From positions 32,001 to 96,000 of the forward strand of contig CAWALK010000022.1 of the NCBI GenBank assembly GCA_963782915.1: 64,000 bases of DNA, written 5' to 3'. The translations under genes and the position numbers were made by a program. The notes beneath the pieces were generated by a model. That model ran no database searches. It saw nothing but the letters and a program-made list of their open reading frames with translations, and was not told the origin of the DNA. The DNA is from an uncultured archaeon (GTDB lineage Archaea; Thermoproteota; Bathyarchaeia; Bathyarchaeales; Bathycorpusculaceae). This document shows, piece by piece, positions 10,302 through 22,036 of the stretch (position 1 is its first letter; the number at the start of each line of letters is the position of its first letter).

Positions 10302-10684
10302 TACTGAGTTCCTCGTTTAACCTGATCGATTCGTGTCACGATTTCTTTGATTAAGCCTGCTGCTTCGCCTTCTCTCATGATGACAGCAGCTGCACATGGA
10401 ACTTCGATGCCGATGGATTTGCCGAGTTGTTCTTTGCTTGGGACAAAGACGTATGGAATCTTTCTTTCGTCGCATAGCAGTGGTAAGTGTGCAATGACTT
10501 CCGGTGGGTCAACATCTTCAGCGATGACGACAAGTTTAGCTTGTGAACGTTCTACAGCTTTTGTAGCTTCGTTTGTTCCTTTCCTAACTGATCCTGATTT
10601 TGAAGCAATCGTTAGGGCTTCATAGGCTGCATCTACGAGTTCTTTAGGTACTTCATATTTTACATAGAATGGTTTTGATGACAT
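10301..10684 (-). CDS. rpl7ae: 50S ribosomal protein L7Ae
   Basis: [12 protein letters not shown] and IAEDVDPPE; start placed at MSSKPFY (10684). Confidence 0.97.
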   Translation of the reverse strand: MSSKPFYVKYEVPKELVDAAYEALTIASKSGSVRKGTNEATKAVERSQAKLVVIAEDVDPPEVIAHLPLLCDERKIPYVFVPSKEQLGKSIGIEVPCAAAVIMREGEAAGLIKEIVTRIDQVKRGTQ

Positions 10685-10823
10685 ATTTCTTAGCCTCACC
10701 CTTTTAAGGCACAGTCTTATCCAGTAATCTTGTTTAATAAGTTTTCGACTCAAAACCGCACACTTGTAGCGCCGCCTTATATACCACCCAGAAACCTTTA
10801 AATTCCAAGCTACGGCTACGTAC

Positions 10824-11102
10824 ATGTTTTCGAGAGGGGAAAATCGTTTGCAAAGATTGGGCAAAATAACAAATGTATCTCCTTCAGGAAACGCTATAGT
10901 TAAAGCTGAAAATCCCCCGAAAATCGGATCCGAAGTTGTCGATGAGAACCTAAATGTTATCGGTAAAGTTTTCGATATTATAGGCCCAGTCTCAGCACCT
11001 TATGCAGTAATCAAACCCAGCGTTAGGGAACCCGAGAAATTAGTTAACAAACCAGTATATCTGCTCCTCCCGAAAACAAAACGGGAGCAGAGAAGACAAT
11101 GA
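10824..11102 (+). CDS. gar1: H/ACA RNP protein Gar1/Naf1
   Basis: [20 protein letters not shown]; conserved position upstream of tfb. Confidence 0.88.
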   Translation: MFSRGENRLQRLGKITNVSPSGNAIVKAENPPKIGSEVVDENLNVIGKVFDIIGPVSAPYAVIKPSVREPEKLVNKPVYLLLPKTKREQRRQ

Positions 11103-12070
11103 GTAGGGACATCAAGTTACATGTACCAGTAGAAGAACCAACCGCATCCCCGGCAGAAACACCCAAAGCGCGGGTTTGCCCTGAATGCGGAAGCAACAGG
11201 CTTATGCATGATTCTGAAGCCGCCGAAATAGTATGTATGGACTGCGGAGTTGTTGTTCAACAAAAACTGGCTGATCGCGGACCGGAATGGCGAGCATTTG
11301 ATGATGAACAACGTTCTAAACGAACCCGTGTTGGTGCACCCCTAACTTATACAATTCACGATAAAGGCCTCTCAACAACCATTGATTGGCATGACAGAGA
11401 CATATACGGAAAGAGTCTCTCGCCTGGGCAGAAAGCGCAAGTTTACCGCTTAAGGAAATGGCAGCGCCGCATCAGAGTTTCAGATGCAACGGAACGTAAC
11501 TTGGCGTTTGCACTCTCAGAAATAACAAAGATTTCTAACAACCTGAATTTACCCAAGAACATTTTGGAAACCGCCTCGGTTATTTATCGAAAAGCAGTCA
11601 AAGAACGCCTAATCAGAGGCAGATCAATACAAGGCGTTACCTCAGCAGCACTATATTTAGCATGCAGACAATGTGGTTTACCCAGAACCCTAGACGAAAT
11701 CGCACAAGCATCCAATGTGAATAAGAAAGAAGTTGGAAGAAGCTACCGATTCCTAATCCGTGAACTCAACTATTCCATTCCGCCACTACGACCAAGCCAA
11801 TACATCACAAAATTCTCCAACCAACTTACAATGCAGGGCAAAGTTGAAGAAATCGCGCATAAAATCTTGGCTGCAGCTAAAGAATTAAAATTAACTTCAG
11901 GCAGAGGACCCACAGGCATCGCGGCAGCAGCAAGCTACGTAGCATCCGTCTTAACAGGTGAACGCAAGACACAACGTGAAATCGCTGAAATCGCACAAGT
12001 CACAGAGGTTACAATCAGGAACCGCTACAAGGAACTCGTGGAACGTTTAATGTTCCAAATAAGCATCTAA
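11099..12070 (+). CDS. tfb: Transcription initiation factor IIB (TFB)
   Basis: Zn ribbon CPECG..CMDCG, GPEWRAF, cyclin repeats and [13 protein letters not shown]. Confidence 0.98.
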   Translation: MSRDIKLHVPVEEPTASPAETPKARVCPECGSNRLMHDSEAAEIVCMDCGVVVQQKLADRGPEWRAFDDEQRSKRTRVGAPLTYTIHDKGLSTTIDWHDRDIYGKSLSPGQKAQVYRLRKWQRRIRVSDATERNLAFALSEITKISNNLNLPKNILETASVIYRKAVKERLIRGRSIQGVTSAALYLACRQCGLPRTLDEIAQASNVNKKEVGRSYRFLIRELNYSIPPLRPSQYITKFSNQLTMQGKVEEIAHKILAAAKELKLTSGRGPTGIAAAASYVASVLTGERKTQREIAEIAQVTEVTIRNRYKELVERLMFQISI

Positions 12071-12104
12071 CCATGCTTTCCTCTTTTTAATCAAGGGTTA
12101 AAAC

Positions 12105-12398
12105 ATGGCTGAATTTAACCAAGAAATACCCCAAGAAAAATTAACTGTGACTGAAGCCTTTGCTAAACTTAAGCTGATCCAGCAGGGGCTCGCAACAGTT
12201 ATGGCTAATCTGCATGATAACATCCAAGCCTTGGATGATGACCCAGACGTTCAGGACAGCTTAGAAAAGCTACAAAAAAACACTGAGAATAGAGCCAGAG
12301 ATTTAGAGACAGAAGTAAAACGGTTACGAACCGACTTAAAAACCATCAAGGATTTGTTGGGCGACAGTGTTGATAAAAAGAATCCAACTGATTCTTAA
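12105..12398 (+). CDS. Hypothetical coiled-coil protein
   Basis: 97-aa ORF with heptad pattern that fills the gap between genes. Confidence 0.6.
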   Translation: MAEFNQEIPQEKLTVTEAFAKLKLIQQGLATVMANLHDNIQALDDDPDVQDSLEKLQKNTENRARDLETEVKRLRTDLKTIKDLLGDSVDKKNPTDS

Positions 12399-12447
12399 GG
12401 GAACTGTATAGCTATTTTTTTAAGGGCGTATTAACCTATGCATACAT

Positions 12448-13062
12448 ATGCCCTATAAATTCACTTTCGACCTGTCCAAGGTGCCACGTTTTTTCTTCAC
12501 AGAATTAGCTATGATTAGTTACCAGAAGGGCATGCATAAGAGCTTCCTTAACACCGCTAACGAATTAATCCTAAAATTCCATATTCAAGAAGCCACTGGA
12601 CTTAACCTTTCAGATGCGGTGGTTCTGCTTCAGGACCTCATGGATTTACAAGCGATTAACTTAACTGAAAGACCCAAATTTTTAGAAACCAAGAAACGGG
12701 CGCTTTTTCTTCCGCACTGCTCCCGCAAATACATGGATAACCGATGTAAAGCGAATTTTGAACCGAGTATTCCAACTTATGTTTGCCAACACTGCTCTGA
12801 GGATTGTATAGTTAACAAGACAGTCGAGTACGCTACTAGCAAAGGCTATGATGTGTATATTGTGCCAGGTGGGTCATGTATTCCGAAAATCCTCAAAAAC
12901 AACAATTATGAGGGTATTGTTGGGGTTGCTTGCGGGGAAGAAAGCAAAATGATGGGTCACCTTTTGGAAAGCATGAGCGTTACTGGCCAAGCGATTCCAC
13001 TGATTAAGAATGGTTGTGCAAACACCGTTTTTAACATGGATACAATCGTCAAAACCCTCTAA
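12448..13062 (+). CDS. DUF116 family Cys-rich protein
   Basis: LFLPHCSR, CQHC..C, YIVPGGS, GVAC and GC motifs. Confidence 0.85.
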   Translation: MPYKFTFDLSKVPRFFFTELAMISYQKGMHKSFLNTANELILKFHIQEATGLNLSDAVVLLQDLMDLQAINLTERPKFLETKKRALFLPHCSRKYMDNRCKANFEPSIPTYVCQHCSEDCIVNKTVEYATSKGYDVYIVPGGSCIPKILKNNNYEGIVGVACGEESKMMGHLLESMSVTGQAIPLIKNGCANTVFNMDTIVKTL

Positions 13063-13100
13063 GAAGCGACTACACGCTAACAATGCAACGAAGAACAAAA

Positions 13101-14388
13101 TCAAGGACTCTGATGCCGTCGTCTCTTATAATGAATTACTAAACCAGCCCCAATCCCGATTGCTGATACCCCGAAAACAGCCGCTACTGCTGCAGAGGGG
13201 AAAACGTCTGGCACAGATACAGTGAAACTAAACGTTTCCGAACCCATGTTTCTGAATGTATCATTAGCATAAATCGTAACCGTATGAACCCCATTGGGAA
13301 TGTTAGTTAAGGTTTCATTGCCACTAAGGGTAACGTTAAATTGTCCATCAAGACTATAACCAGCCCATTCTATCCGTTTGTCAATTGTAAACTGTAAAGG
13401 CACGTTAGAATCATTGTAGGTCTGATCGGGCAGTGTTGATATGGTTATTTTTGGTGGGCTTGTTCTAATTGCATAAAGAGTGCTGTTGAATGGTTCGAGA
13501 AGTGGATAGGGATCCTGATTGTTGGTGTCAATTTGATAGGCTATGTCGCCTATTCCTGAACCGTTCAGTTCCTTAGCAGTGGGATATTTTGTTTTGTAGT
13601 CGCCCCAGTAGTTGCCGCCGTCTGGAAAACCATTGCTCCAACTGTTATTCGCTATAGGCGCTGTTCCTACTACACCGACAGTAACGCCTCCGTATGCATT
13701 GACCTTGTTGTAGAGGAAATTGTTATGGTAAACCTTGTTGCCTGAGGCATCCCAGAAAGCGAGACCTACAGAGGAACCCCAAGAGTTAGAGCAGCCAGCT
13801 ATTCTGTTCTCAACTACCAGATTATCTGTTGATTCAACGAATATTATACCGTTATAGTTACTTGATAATTTGTTGCCCTTAACTACGTTCGAGTTGCCCC
13901 GTTCAACGTAGATTCCTGCGCTTTGTTGTTGTATTGAATAATAGGCATTCCCTGTCCCAGCAACTGTATTATTGGTGACAAGTGGAGTTTACTGTATTTA
14001 CCAGGGAGATGCCAAAGATGCCGCCATTGACCTTTAGATTCTTTACGGTTACGTTAGTTGCGCCTGTTAAAGTAGGCGGCGTAGAATAGGCATTGAGACC
14101 TACGGTCAGTCCCTCTCGTCCATGGCGTAAATCTCCTATGGCTATAAGGGAACATGCGTTTCCGTTAAAAATTATGTTGCTTTTCAATATAGATATGCTG
14201 CCTGTGACATCGCCAGTTAATGTGTAGACATCACCTTCTTGCAGGATTAGCGCTGTCGAGGGGGTTATTGTGCCGTCGGCGTTTATTGTGATAAGGTTTT
14301 GAGTTGAAGTCTGTGCTTTGAGGGGTGGGATACAAACCATGGTCAGAACTGCCAATATTAGGAAGGTTACAGTGGCGCTTTTCTTCAT
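13101..14388 (-). CDS. Secreted NosD/parallel beta-helix protein with Ig-like domain and C-terminal TM anchor (frameshift near 13975)
   Basis: Signal peptide and ITINADG. The continuation in another frame has GNKVYHNNF, GGNYWGDY, DPYPL and YSLDGQFN, ending in a TM helix plus KRRRH. Confidence 0.8.
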
Positions 14389-14537
14389 GAACAGTCCTAC
14401 TTAAGGGCTTGATAGGTACAGCGATATATAATTTTGCAATAAATGTATCTGCCATGAAGCTTTGTAGGCACCGAAAAATTGGCATATATCTGTTGATGTT
14501 ATGAAAGCTTATAATTGTCAGGCTATCCAGAAGAAGG

Positions 14538-14801
14538 GTGATTTACATGCCAGAGAAGAAAAGCGTCAAGAAAACTGCGCCAAAACCAAAAACAGCACCT
14601 AAAGCAAAAGCAAAGGCAGCAGTAAAAGAAAAGAAACAAACAATCTTCCGTACAGGCGAAAAATGCCCTGAATCAGGATTATACTCACATTTCTGCAAGG
14701 ATAAAGGCGAAAAAGCCACAATTCCGCTGTCCAAAACCGAAACTTTTCCGCCATGTCGTACATGCGGTTCAGTGAAATGGACCCTAAAGATGGCGGCATA
14801 A
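14538..14801 (+). CDS. Small YjzC-like zinc-ribbon protein with Lys/Ala/Pro-rich N-terminus
   Basis: FRTGEKCPESGLY...ETFPPCRTC..VKW. Confidence 0.7.
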   Translation: MIYMPEKKSVKKTAPKPKTAPKAKAKAAVKEKKQTIFRTGEKCPESGLYSHFCKDKGEKATIPLSKTETFPPCRTCGSVKWTLKMAA

Positions 14802-14960
14802 GCCTCCTTCTTACAATTCCATTCATTTTAACAAAAAAAAGTTTTGCTGTTATTTCTTGCTGCTTTGGTTCTTTTGAGATCGATAGCTTATCGTTGATGT
14901 TTTAGTCCTTTAAATAAGGGAGGGGGAGGTACTTCTGAGCAGGTCGAGTGGTTTCTATGA

Positions 14961-16292
14961 TTATGGCGTTAATCTCACTCTGTCTCTTGGGTACAAAGTG
15001 ACTTCGCGGATGTTCTTAATACCCGTCAGCATCATGGTTAGGCGTTCTAAGCCGATTGCCCAGCCTGCGTGTGGTGGCATGCCGTAGTCGTAGGCTTGTA
15101 GGTGCATCTTGAATGAGTCTGGGTTGAGGCCTTTCTCTTTGAGGCGCTCGATGAGTTGGTTTTTGTCGCAGATGCGGGTGCCGCCTGAAGTTAATTCGAT
15201 GTAGTTCCACATGAGGTCGAAGCCTTCGCTGATTTCGGGGTTGTCTTCGCGTGGTTTTATATAGAATGCTTTGGCGTGTGTTGGCCAGTCTGTGACGAAG
15301 TAGAAGCCTTGGTACATTTCGCCTAGCACGCGGAAGGCTTCGCTTGTGATGTCTTCGCCCCAAGGTATGACTGTACCTTTGGCTTTGAGGTCTTCGAGCA
15401 CTTGGGTGTAGGTTAAGCGTTTGAAGGGTAGCTCTGGAACTTGAAGGTCATTTTGGAGTAGGGCGAGTTCGGCTGTGCATTTCTCTTTCACAGTCTTAAA
15501 CGCGTTATGAACAACTTGCTCGAGCAGTGCCATAACGTCAGTTGCGTTGGCAAACGCCATTTCGATGTCCACTGAGGTGAATTCGCTTAAGTGCCGTCTT
15601 GTATGAGATTCTTCAGCTCGGAAAAACGGCCCAACCTCGAAGACTTTCTCGAAGCTTAAGGTGAGTTCTTCTTTGTAGAGTTGTGGGCTCTGTGCAAGGT
15701 ATGCTTTTTGCTCGAAGTAGTCAATGCAGAAAAGTTCTGCGCCGCCTTCAGTTGCTGAGCCGATGATGCGTGGGCTGTGAGCTTCCATGAAACCTTTGTC
15801 ATAGAGGAAGTCTCGGATGCTCTTGAGTGCGACGTGCTGGATTTTGAATATTGCTAGGCTGGTTTCTAAGGTTAGGTCGAGTGCACGTGCATCTAAACGG
15901 ACTTCAATGTTAGCGGGTGTTTTACCGGTAATATCGATGGGTAATTGCTCGCTTGCAGTGCTGAAAATTTTTATCGCGGTTGGGACGACTTCGACGCCGC
16001 GTTTGGTTTGGTTGGTTTTTTTAACGGTGCCTTTCAAGCCGAAGCTGAAGCGTTTTTGAAGTAAATCAGATTTAGCTAAAACTTCTGGGAGCACACGTTT
16101 TTTGGGTATGGTGATTTGGACAGTGCCTTCTCGGTCCTGCATAATGATAAATCGGAGTCCGCCGAGGTCACGTACTTCTTGAACCCAGCCAAAGAGGGTA
16201 ACTTCTTTACCGTCTAGGTCTGGAGACACCTGTGAGGTATACTGAGTTCTAACCCAGTCGCCTATAGAGTCCAAATCCATACTGCTTGCCAA
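14961..16292 (-). CDS. aspS: Aspartate--tRNA ligase (archaeal type, probably non-discriminating)
   Basis: OB fold, LAQSPQLYK, FRAEESHTRRHLSEF, GMPPHAGWAIGLER and YPRD motifs. Confidence 0.96.
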   Translation of the reverse strand: MASSMDLDSIGDWVRTQYTSQVSPDLDGKEVTLFGWVQEVRDLGGLRFIIMQDREGTVQITIPKKRVLPEVLAKSDLLQKRFSFGLKGTVKKTNQTKRGVEVVPTAIKIFSTASEQLPIDITGKTPANIEVRLDARALDLTLETSLAIFKIQHVALKSIRDFLYDKGFMEAHSPRIIGSATEGGAELFCIDYFEQKAYLAQSPQLYKEELTLSFEKVFEVGPFFRAEESHTRRHLSEFTSVDIEMAFANATDVMALLEQVVHNAFKTVKEKCTAELALLQNDLQVPELPFKRLTYTQVLEDLKAKGTVIPWGEDITSEAFRVLGEMYQGFYFVTDWPTHAKAFYIKPREDNPEISEGFDLMWNYIELTSGGTRICDKNQLIERLKEKGLNPDSFKMHLQAYDYGMPPHAGWAIGLERLTMMLTGIKNIREVTLYPRDRVRLTP

Positions 16293-16297
16293 CCTTT

Positions 16298-16807
16298 TTA
16301 GTCTGCAATTTCAACACGTAAAGAAATTTTACGTACTTTAGTTGCAATTTCCTTCAATGCTTTAAGGTCCATTGGCAGTTGTGCGCCGCGTTTCCGTTTT
16401 AGAATTACTCGTGTTTCAGTTGTTCCGTCTGGAAGCCAGATGGTGTTGATGGTTAAGATGCTGAAGGGCACGAATAGATCTTCGAGGAATTTACGGTCAT
16501 CAACACCGTACTCGAGTACGCGTACGTTTTTGCCAGTTTCGTCACCGATGGTTTTGACGATTTTACCGCCGTAACCCAAAAGTTTAGGGACATCTCCATG
16601 TCCGACGAGGATGGCTAAGGTTTTTTCAACCTCTACTGCTCGATAGAAGCAGACGTTTTGCAGGGAAGGATACTTTTCTTCTAGGCCTAACAGTAAACGG
16701 GCGACTTTCAGATCAATTTCACTGATTTCGCCAGCCTTTACTTTAGCTGAACACTTTTGGCATAGTATGCCGCTTTTTAAGCAGAAACTGCATAGTTCTG
16801 TTTTCAT
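16298..16807 (-). CDS. NusA-like KH-domain protein with N-terminal Cys cluster
   Basis: CSFCLKSGILCQKC and KH-like LLGYGGKIVK; lies directly upstream of aspS. Confidence 0.75.
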   Translation of the reverse strand: MKTELCSFCLKSGILCQKCSAKVKAGEISEIDLKVARLLLGLEEKYPSLQNVCFYRAVEVEKTLAILVGHGDVPKLLGYGGKIVKTIGDETGKNVRVLEYGVDDRKFLEDLFVPFSILTINTIWLPDGTTETRVILKRKRGAQLPMDLKALKEIATKVRKISLRVEIAD

Positions 16808-16857
16808 TTGAGAGTCGGTATTCCTGCAAAGAAGGAGTTCCGCGATTATTCCGTGGC

Positions 16858-17151
16858 TTAACGCATCAGCGTGATTTCGATCGTGCTGACGTTAGTGGAG
16901 CCTTGACTGCCTTCCTCTTGGTCTATCGGTAAGAATTGGTCTGTGCCGATGCCGATGCTTTTAATTCTGACATCTGGAAGGAATCTGTGCCTAACCACTT
17001 CAGCTACATCGATGGCTCTGCTGATTGATCTGCCGCGTGCTTTAATGCTGACTTCGGTTGCGCCGCCGTGGAAGAAGGTAATGCATGCGAGGACATAGTT
17101 CATGATTGGTTTTTTGCCGATTAAGACTGCGCTGGTGGTGGTTTCCGTCAC
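16858..17151 (-). CDS. albA: DNA/RNA-binding protein Alba (paralog 1)
   Basis: [25 protein letters not shown] and VSTIEITL motifs. Confidence 0.93.
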   Translation of the reverse strand: MTETTTSAVLIGKKPIMNYVLACITFFHGGATEVSIKARGRSISRAIDVAEVVRHRFLPDVRIKSIGIGTDQFLPIDQEEGSQGSTNVSTIEITLMR

Positions 17152-17385
17152 GGGTTCCGCTTCACTCCTAGTTTACTTTTAAGTGGCTTCATTTACCTTT
17201 TTTTGAGCATAAATACGTTGTGGTATAGGTGAAGTGTTCCTGCTGGAAATTTCAAACTTGATAGTGACACAACTTTGTCAGTCGCTGTTTTGCCAACTAC
17301 TCGGAGCGCTCAATTGAATTGGAAGCATCAAATTCATAAGGAACCGCACTATTGTAAAGGTTTAACACAGTAAACATTAACATAA

Positions 17386-17853
17386 GTGAATAATTTGGAA
17401 CCATTAACTAAACGTTCAATCCAGCTGCTAAAAACCCTCTTTGAAAAAGGAAAATCCACCAACACCTACACCCTAAGGGTTAAACAGGATGAGTTATCAA
17501 GCCAATTAGGCGTTAGCAGGCAAGCATTAAACGTCCATTTAAGAAAACTCAAGAACCGCGGCTACATCCGCACAGGCAGAGGCTTCATCGATGTCACCGA
17601 GAAAGGCTTAGCTGCACTAGGCGTATCTACCACTCCAGCGTTTATTTTGCTCAAAGTTTCCCCAATCAAACGCATACATGTCTATGAGCAAATCCACGAG
17701 TTAGCCGTGTCAAGGGCTTTTCGCATTGCAGGCGAAGTAGATGCACTAATAATCGTTGAACGCGAAAACCTTGATGAAATCCTAAAGAAACTCTACAGCA
17801 TCGATGGCATTGAAGATACCCGCTCATACGTAACTATCGAAGTAATCAAGTAA
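17386..17853 (+). CDS. Lrp/AsnC-family transcriptional regulator
   Basis: wHTH (ELSSQLGVSRQALNVHLRKL) plus RAM domain (IAGEVD...IDGIEDTRS). Confidence 0.85.
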   Translation: MNNLEPLTKRSIQLLKTLFEKGKSTNTYTLRVKQDELSSQLGVSRQALNVHLRKLKNRGYIRTGRGFIDVTEKGLAALGVSTTPAFILLKVSPIKRIHVYEQIHELAVSRAFRIAGEVDALIIVERENLDEILKKLYSIDGIEDTRSYVTIEVIK

Positions 17854-17948
17854 CCACGATTCGAGTGAGATATCACAGAGTCAAGACAAAAGGTATATTT
17901 GAGACTCTACCATCAAAGACTTAGCCAAAACAGAAGGTTATCAATAAA

Positions 17949-18110
17949 ATGCCGATATTAGACCCAGTCAAGAAATCCATAGCGCAGAAGGCTCGCTTGT
18001 ACATGAAAATCTGCAGAGACTGCGGCGCACGCAATGCTGAAACCGCACTGAAATGCAGAAAATGCAAGGGTAAGAACTTGCGCTGGAAGAAACGAGAAAT
18101 CGTGAAGTAA
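17949..18110 (+). CDS. rpl40e: 50S ribosomal protein L40e (absent from the ORF track, under 60 aa)
   Basis: Manual translation: MPILDPVKKSIAQKARLYMKICRDCGARNAETALKCRKCKGKNLRWKKREIVK. Confidence 0.93.
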   Translation: MPILDPVKKSIAQKARLYMKICRDCGARNAETALKCRKCKGKNLRWKKREIVK

Positions 18111-18311
18111 TAGCTTCTTTACTTTCCTTTTAATAATTCAAGCACTCAAAGCAGTGCTCTTTTTGTCTTGTTATTTGATTTACATTTTGTTATACAGTTA
18201 ACTATCTTCTTGTGCCTATGGGCTTTGCTGGCGCCTGCTTTGTAGATTCCGCATACACAAAAGATTAACCACACTTCATACAACTAAGCCCTAACCAGAG
18301 GCGCGGTTATC

Positions 18312-21089
18312 TTGCAAACAAAGTTTACGGTAACAATAGCCATCGCAGTTTTACTCATATCAATATCCACCCCACTCACCCAACTTAGCCAAGCAGGCAC
18401 CCAAGTAGGCTTCAACAACCAAAACGTTGACTCCACGACGGGTCTAGCTCAGCATAAAATGTCTGCAGCAGAACTCCAAACGTACAAGGACAGTGCAGGC
18501 ACCTACCAGCCAGAACAAAACTACAACAAGATAGTCGCTGGATACGGAACAGGATTGCACCCTCCAACAGAGGAGGGATGGACAGAAATCGCAGAAAACG
18601 CCTACGTCGTAGAAAAAATCGCTTACCAAACAACCTTGCCTGCTGCAGTAGACCACACCACGGACCCATGGTTTCCGCCCATCGGAGACCAAGGCCAACA
18701 AGGCTCATGCGCCTCCTTCGCAGTCGGATACTACTGCAAAACCTACCAGGAAGCAAAAGAGCATTCATGGGACTTCTCGGGAGCAACATGGACTGGCGGG
18801 GCAACCGACGGCAACATTTCAGCAAGCTACCAAAGCAAAGTTATGAGTCCAGCGTTTGTTTACAACTTAATCAACGGCGGCAGGGATGTTGGCTCAGACT
18901 TCGAAACACCCATCGATTGGTTTCTAACGTGGGGGTTTGTTCTTGGATGAATATGCCGTATTACTATCAGGACTGCACAAGGTGGCCCACAGAAGCCGCA
19001 TGGAGTGAGGCGCCGCTTTACCGCTCCAATAGCACCTACAGTTACCAGTACCTATACGTTAACACTACTCAAGGCGTAGAAAGTTTGAAGAATTGGTTAG
19101 CCGCAGGCAACCTCGCAATTATTGGGATTGATGCCTCAGGCAATCTACTCGATTTCACAACCAGATCAAATCAAGATTTGTTCACCACCGACAATTACGT
19201 AACAGGTGAACTTGACCACGCTGCAACCATAGTTGGCTACGACGACCTCTATACCTACATGGAAAACGGCGCAGTGCATCATGGAGCATTCAAGATCGCT
19301 AACAGTTGGGGAAAAGGCGATTGGGAAACTATCCCAGACGGATGCTACTGGATATCCTACAACACAATGCAGGAACTATCAGCATTAGAGGTAAACCCAG
19401 CGATGCTTTTTGAAAACCTCGACAGTTACCAGCCAGAAATACTTGCATCCTTCAACATTACGCATGCAGCCAGAGGCGACTGCAACATAACGTTTGGTTT
19501 AGGCACCCCAACGCCCCCATTGCCACCAAAAACTTTACTGACTTCATCAGCGGAGGAAACAGGTCTTTCTGCCCAAACAACATAGTATTCGATATAACAG
19601 AATTCAAAACCAACCTGAGCAGCCTCTATAACCAAGCCTTCTACATGCAGGTCTATGATAAAGGCACCGAAACCCACGGAACCGCTAACACGGGGACAAT
19701 AAATTACTTCGCAGTGGCAAACACGTGTTGCACCCAAACCCCACTCGCCACCGCCAATGAACACTATGTTAACTTGACGTTGACCACCTCTTTTGCACCA
19801 ACAACCCTAGAGGTTACGCCTTCTTCAGGTCCCTCAGGGGCAGAAATAGTGCTTAGCGGCGTCGGGTTCAGGGGCAACACAGTTGACGTTTCATACTATG
19901 ACCCCATTGTAGGGCAGTGGGTTCCAGTACTCAGCGGTTACCCTGTATCAACAAACTTTACCTATGCAACTCATGCGCCTGACCTAAAACAGTGCAGCAG
20001 TGCAGGCGACAACCCGCCAATCTATGACAAGTAGTTTATCGTGTTCAAGATAACGGAAACTGGTACAACGCATCATGTAACGTTTGGCGTAGGGGTTTAG
20101 TACAGGTAAATAACCAAACAGCAAACGGAGTATTTGGCAACAACACTGATTTTTCGAAGAAGGTTTTTGTTCAAAATGGGCAAACGCTTCAGGTTGCAGG
20201 TAAATGGTTCAATCCAGGTTTAATCGTCATTGGGTGGGATGACCAAAACTTTAGTTCAACAACCACTGACAGCACAGGATTCTTCAATACATCCATAACT
20301 GTGCCATCGACAACTGCGGGAAAACACAACGTTACATTCTTCGACCGATACTCCAACCTATCAACAACCATAACGCGGTTACCAACAGTATCCACAAATT
20401 ATACTGATGCATGGTACACTCAAGATTACTCCGTTAACATTGCAGCCGATTATCCTGTTTCCGAGACATATTACCGAGTAAACAATGGGCAAACCTGCAC
20501 GGTATCCGCAGACGGGCAACCAACATTCACCTCAGACGCAGCCGATAACAAACTGGAATACTGGAGTACATGGAGCATTTATGGAACAGGCAACATGGAA
20601 CTCAACCATAACGTAATCACCGGAATGAAACTGGATAAAACCGTGCCGACTGCATTATTGCGGATTAACGGCGGCTATTTAGTTACAACCTCAAACACCG
20701 TCGCTCTGAGTTTTGCGGCTTCAGATTCCACCTCGGGCATCAAACAGGTCCGCATTAGCAACGACGCCTCCTTCACTCAAGCATCATGGGAAACGTATAG
20801 TACCTCTAAAAACTGGCAACTCACAAGCGGTGCAGGAGCCAAAACCGTTTATTACCAAGTCCAAGACAACGCAGGTTTAACCACAACAGTAAGCGCCTCA
20901 ATAGTTGAATCAGTGCACCTCAAGCAAGCGACAGCAACGCCCTCGCCGACTGCCACTCCAACACCAACACCGACAGTGCCAGAATACAGCACTCCACTGT
21001 TCATTTTGCTGCTTGCCATATTAACGGCTTCAATGATGCTAATGCTTAAAACACAAGGCAAACAGAGGACAAAGTTAGGCTGTGGCTAA
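18312..21089 (+). CDS. Secreted papain-family (C1) cysteine protease with Ig-like domains, Pro/Thr linker and VPEY-TM sorting signal; several frameshifts
   Basis: DQGQQGSCASF (catalytic Cys), HAATIVGYDD (His) and ANSWG (Asn) are spread over consecutive + frames; C-terminus TPTPTVPEYS + TM + basic tail. Confidence 0.85.
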
Positions 21090-21106
21090 TCTACAGTTTT
21101 TCTGTA

Positions 21107-21819
21107 TTAGTTCCTTGGCAAAGCCAGCGAGAACTCAACGTTAAGCTTAGTCAGGTACCAAAACGTCACTGCACTCAACCTTGAGAGGGCAGCGAACGGG
21201 GTGAAAATGAATCTTGCAGCCATTCGCCGTGCAAGCTTGTAAACCCCAAAATGCCCATACCGCCGATACGAGATGCCAATGGTAACATAATTCTTTGGAG
21301 GTGCCCAAATGGGTTGCACCCAAAAAGGGCAGGACCTTCCAGCGGTAACCTGTTTTTTGGACGTAGCGTTTGAAGTATTGGTCTTCGCCGAAGAACAGTT
21401 TTGGCGGGTTATAGTTTTCCATGAGTTTGCGGCGTATGAGGATGTTGTTGATGTGCGGGTTAGTATCCAACTTGCTCAGGTTGTAGACGGTGCCGACGAC
21501 GCGTTCGTAAGCTGCCGCATGAGGGTTCTTATGCACAGCAACCGTGCCAATAGCCCCCACATTAGGCTCAATTGCTTTAGTTACCAACTGCAAGCCAATT
21601 CTCGGGCAGCAGCATGTCATCGTCAACCATCGCCACCCACTCCGTCTTAGCCTGCAAAACGCCGTTCTTGCGTGCAGTGCTTAGCGGTTTTTCGTGTGTG
21701 TTTATGATTTCTCCGGCACAGGGCATCTGTTTGATTTGGCGAAGCAGGGTTGGGTTAGCTTCGTCGCTTGAAGGGACAACAAAATCGACTTTCCGGTCTG
21801 TGCTGGTGCAGGATGGCAT
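21107..21819 (-). CDS. Glycosyltransferase family 2-like protein, frameshifted
   Basis: ARKNGVLQAKTEWVAMVDDD, INNILIRR and GEDQYF across three minus-strand frames. Confidence 0.65.
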
Positions 21820-22036
21820 AGCCTCTTATGTTTTGTATGGTGGATAAATAGTTTATCTGAACCCTGGTAGCATCCGGTTTTTTATCAGTGTGTTGTTGGC
21901 AGAAACCGCCTATACACAACAACAACCAATGAGCTTTGCAGGCGGCTCTGTTTTTGTGATGGCGTTTATGTGGGGTTGCGGCTGGTTGCATCTTAATTCT
22001 GCAAGCAGATTGATTCCTTGAGCATGGCGGGCAAAT

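Noticed and set aside
10685-10864. N-terminal extensions given by the ORF track for L7Ae (also IscU, S17e and DUF62)
   Set aside because: They overlap promoters or neighbouring genes; family homology starts at downstream start codons
17235-17255. GTTCCTGCTGGAAA resembling an ORB box (similar partial words near 29918 and 31675)
   Set aside because: Isolated imperfect matches with no G-string cluster and no adjacent cdc6
20930-20980. Short CCAACA/ACT-type tandem repeats (also near 30380-30460 and 51510-51610)
   Set aside because: They encode Pro/Thr linkers of surface proteins
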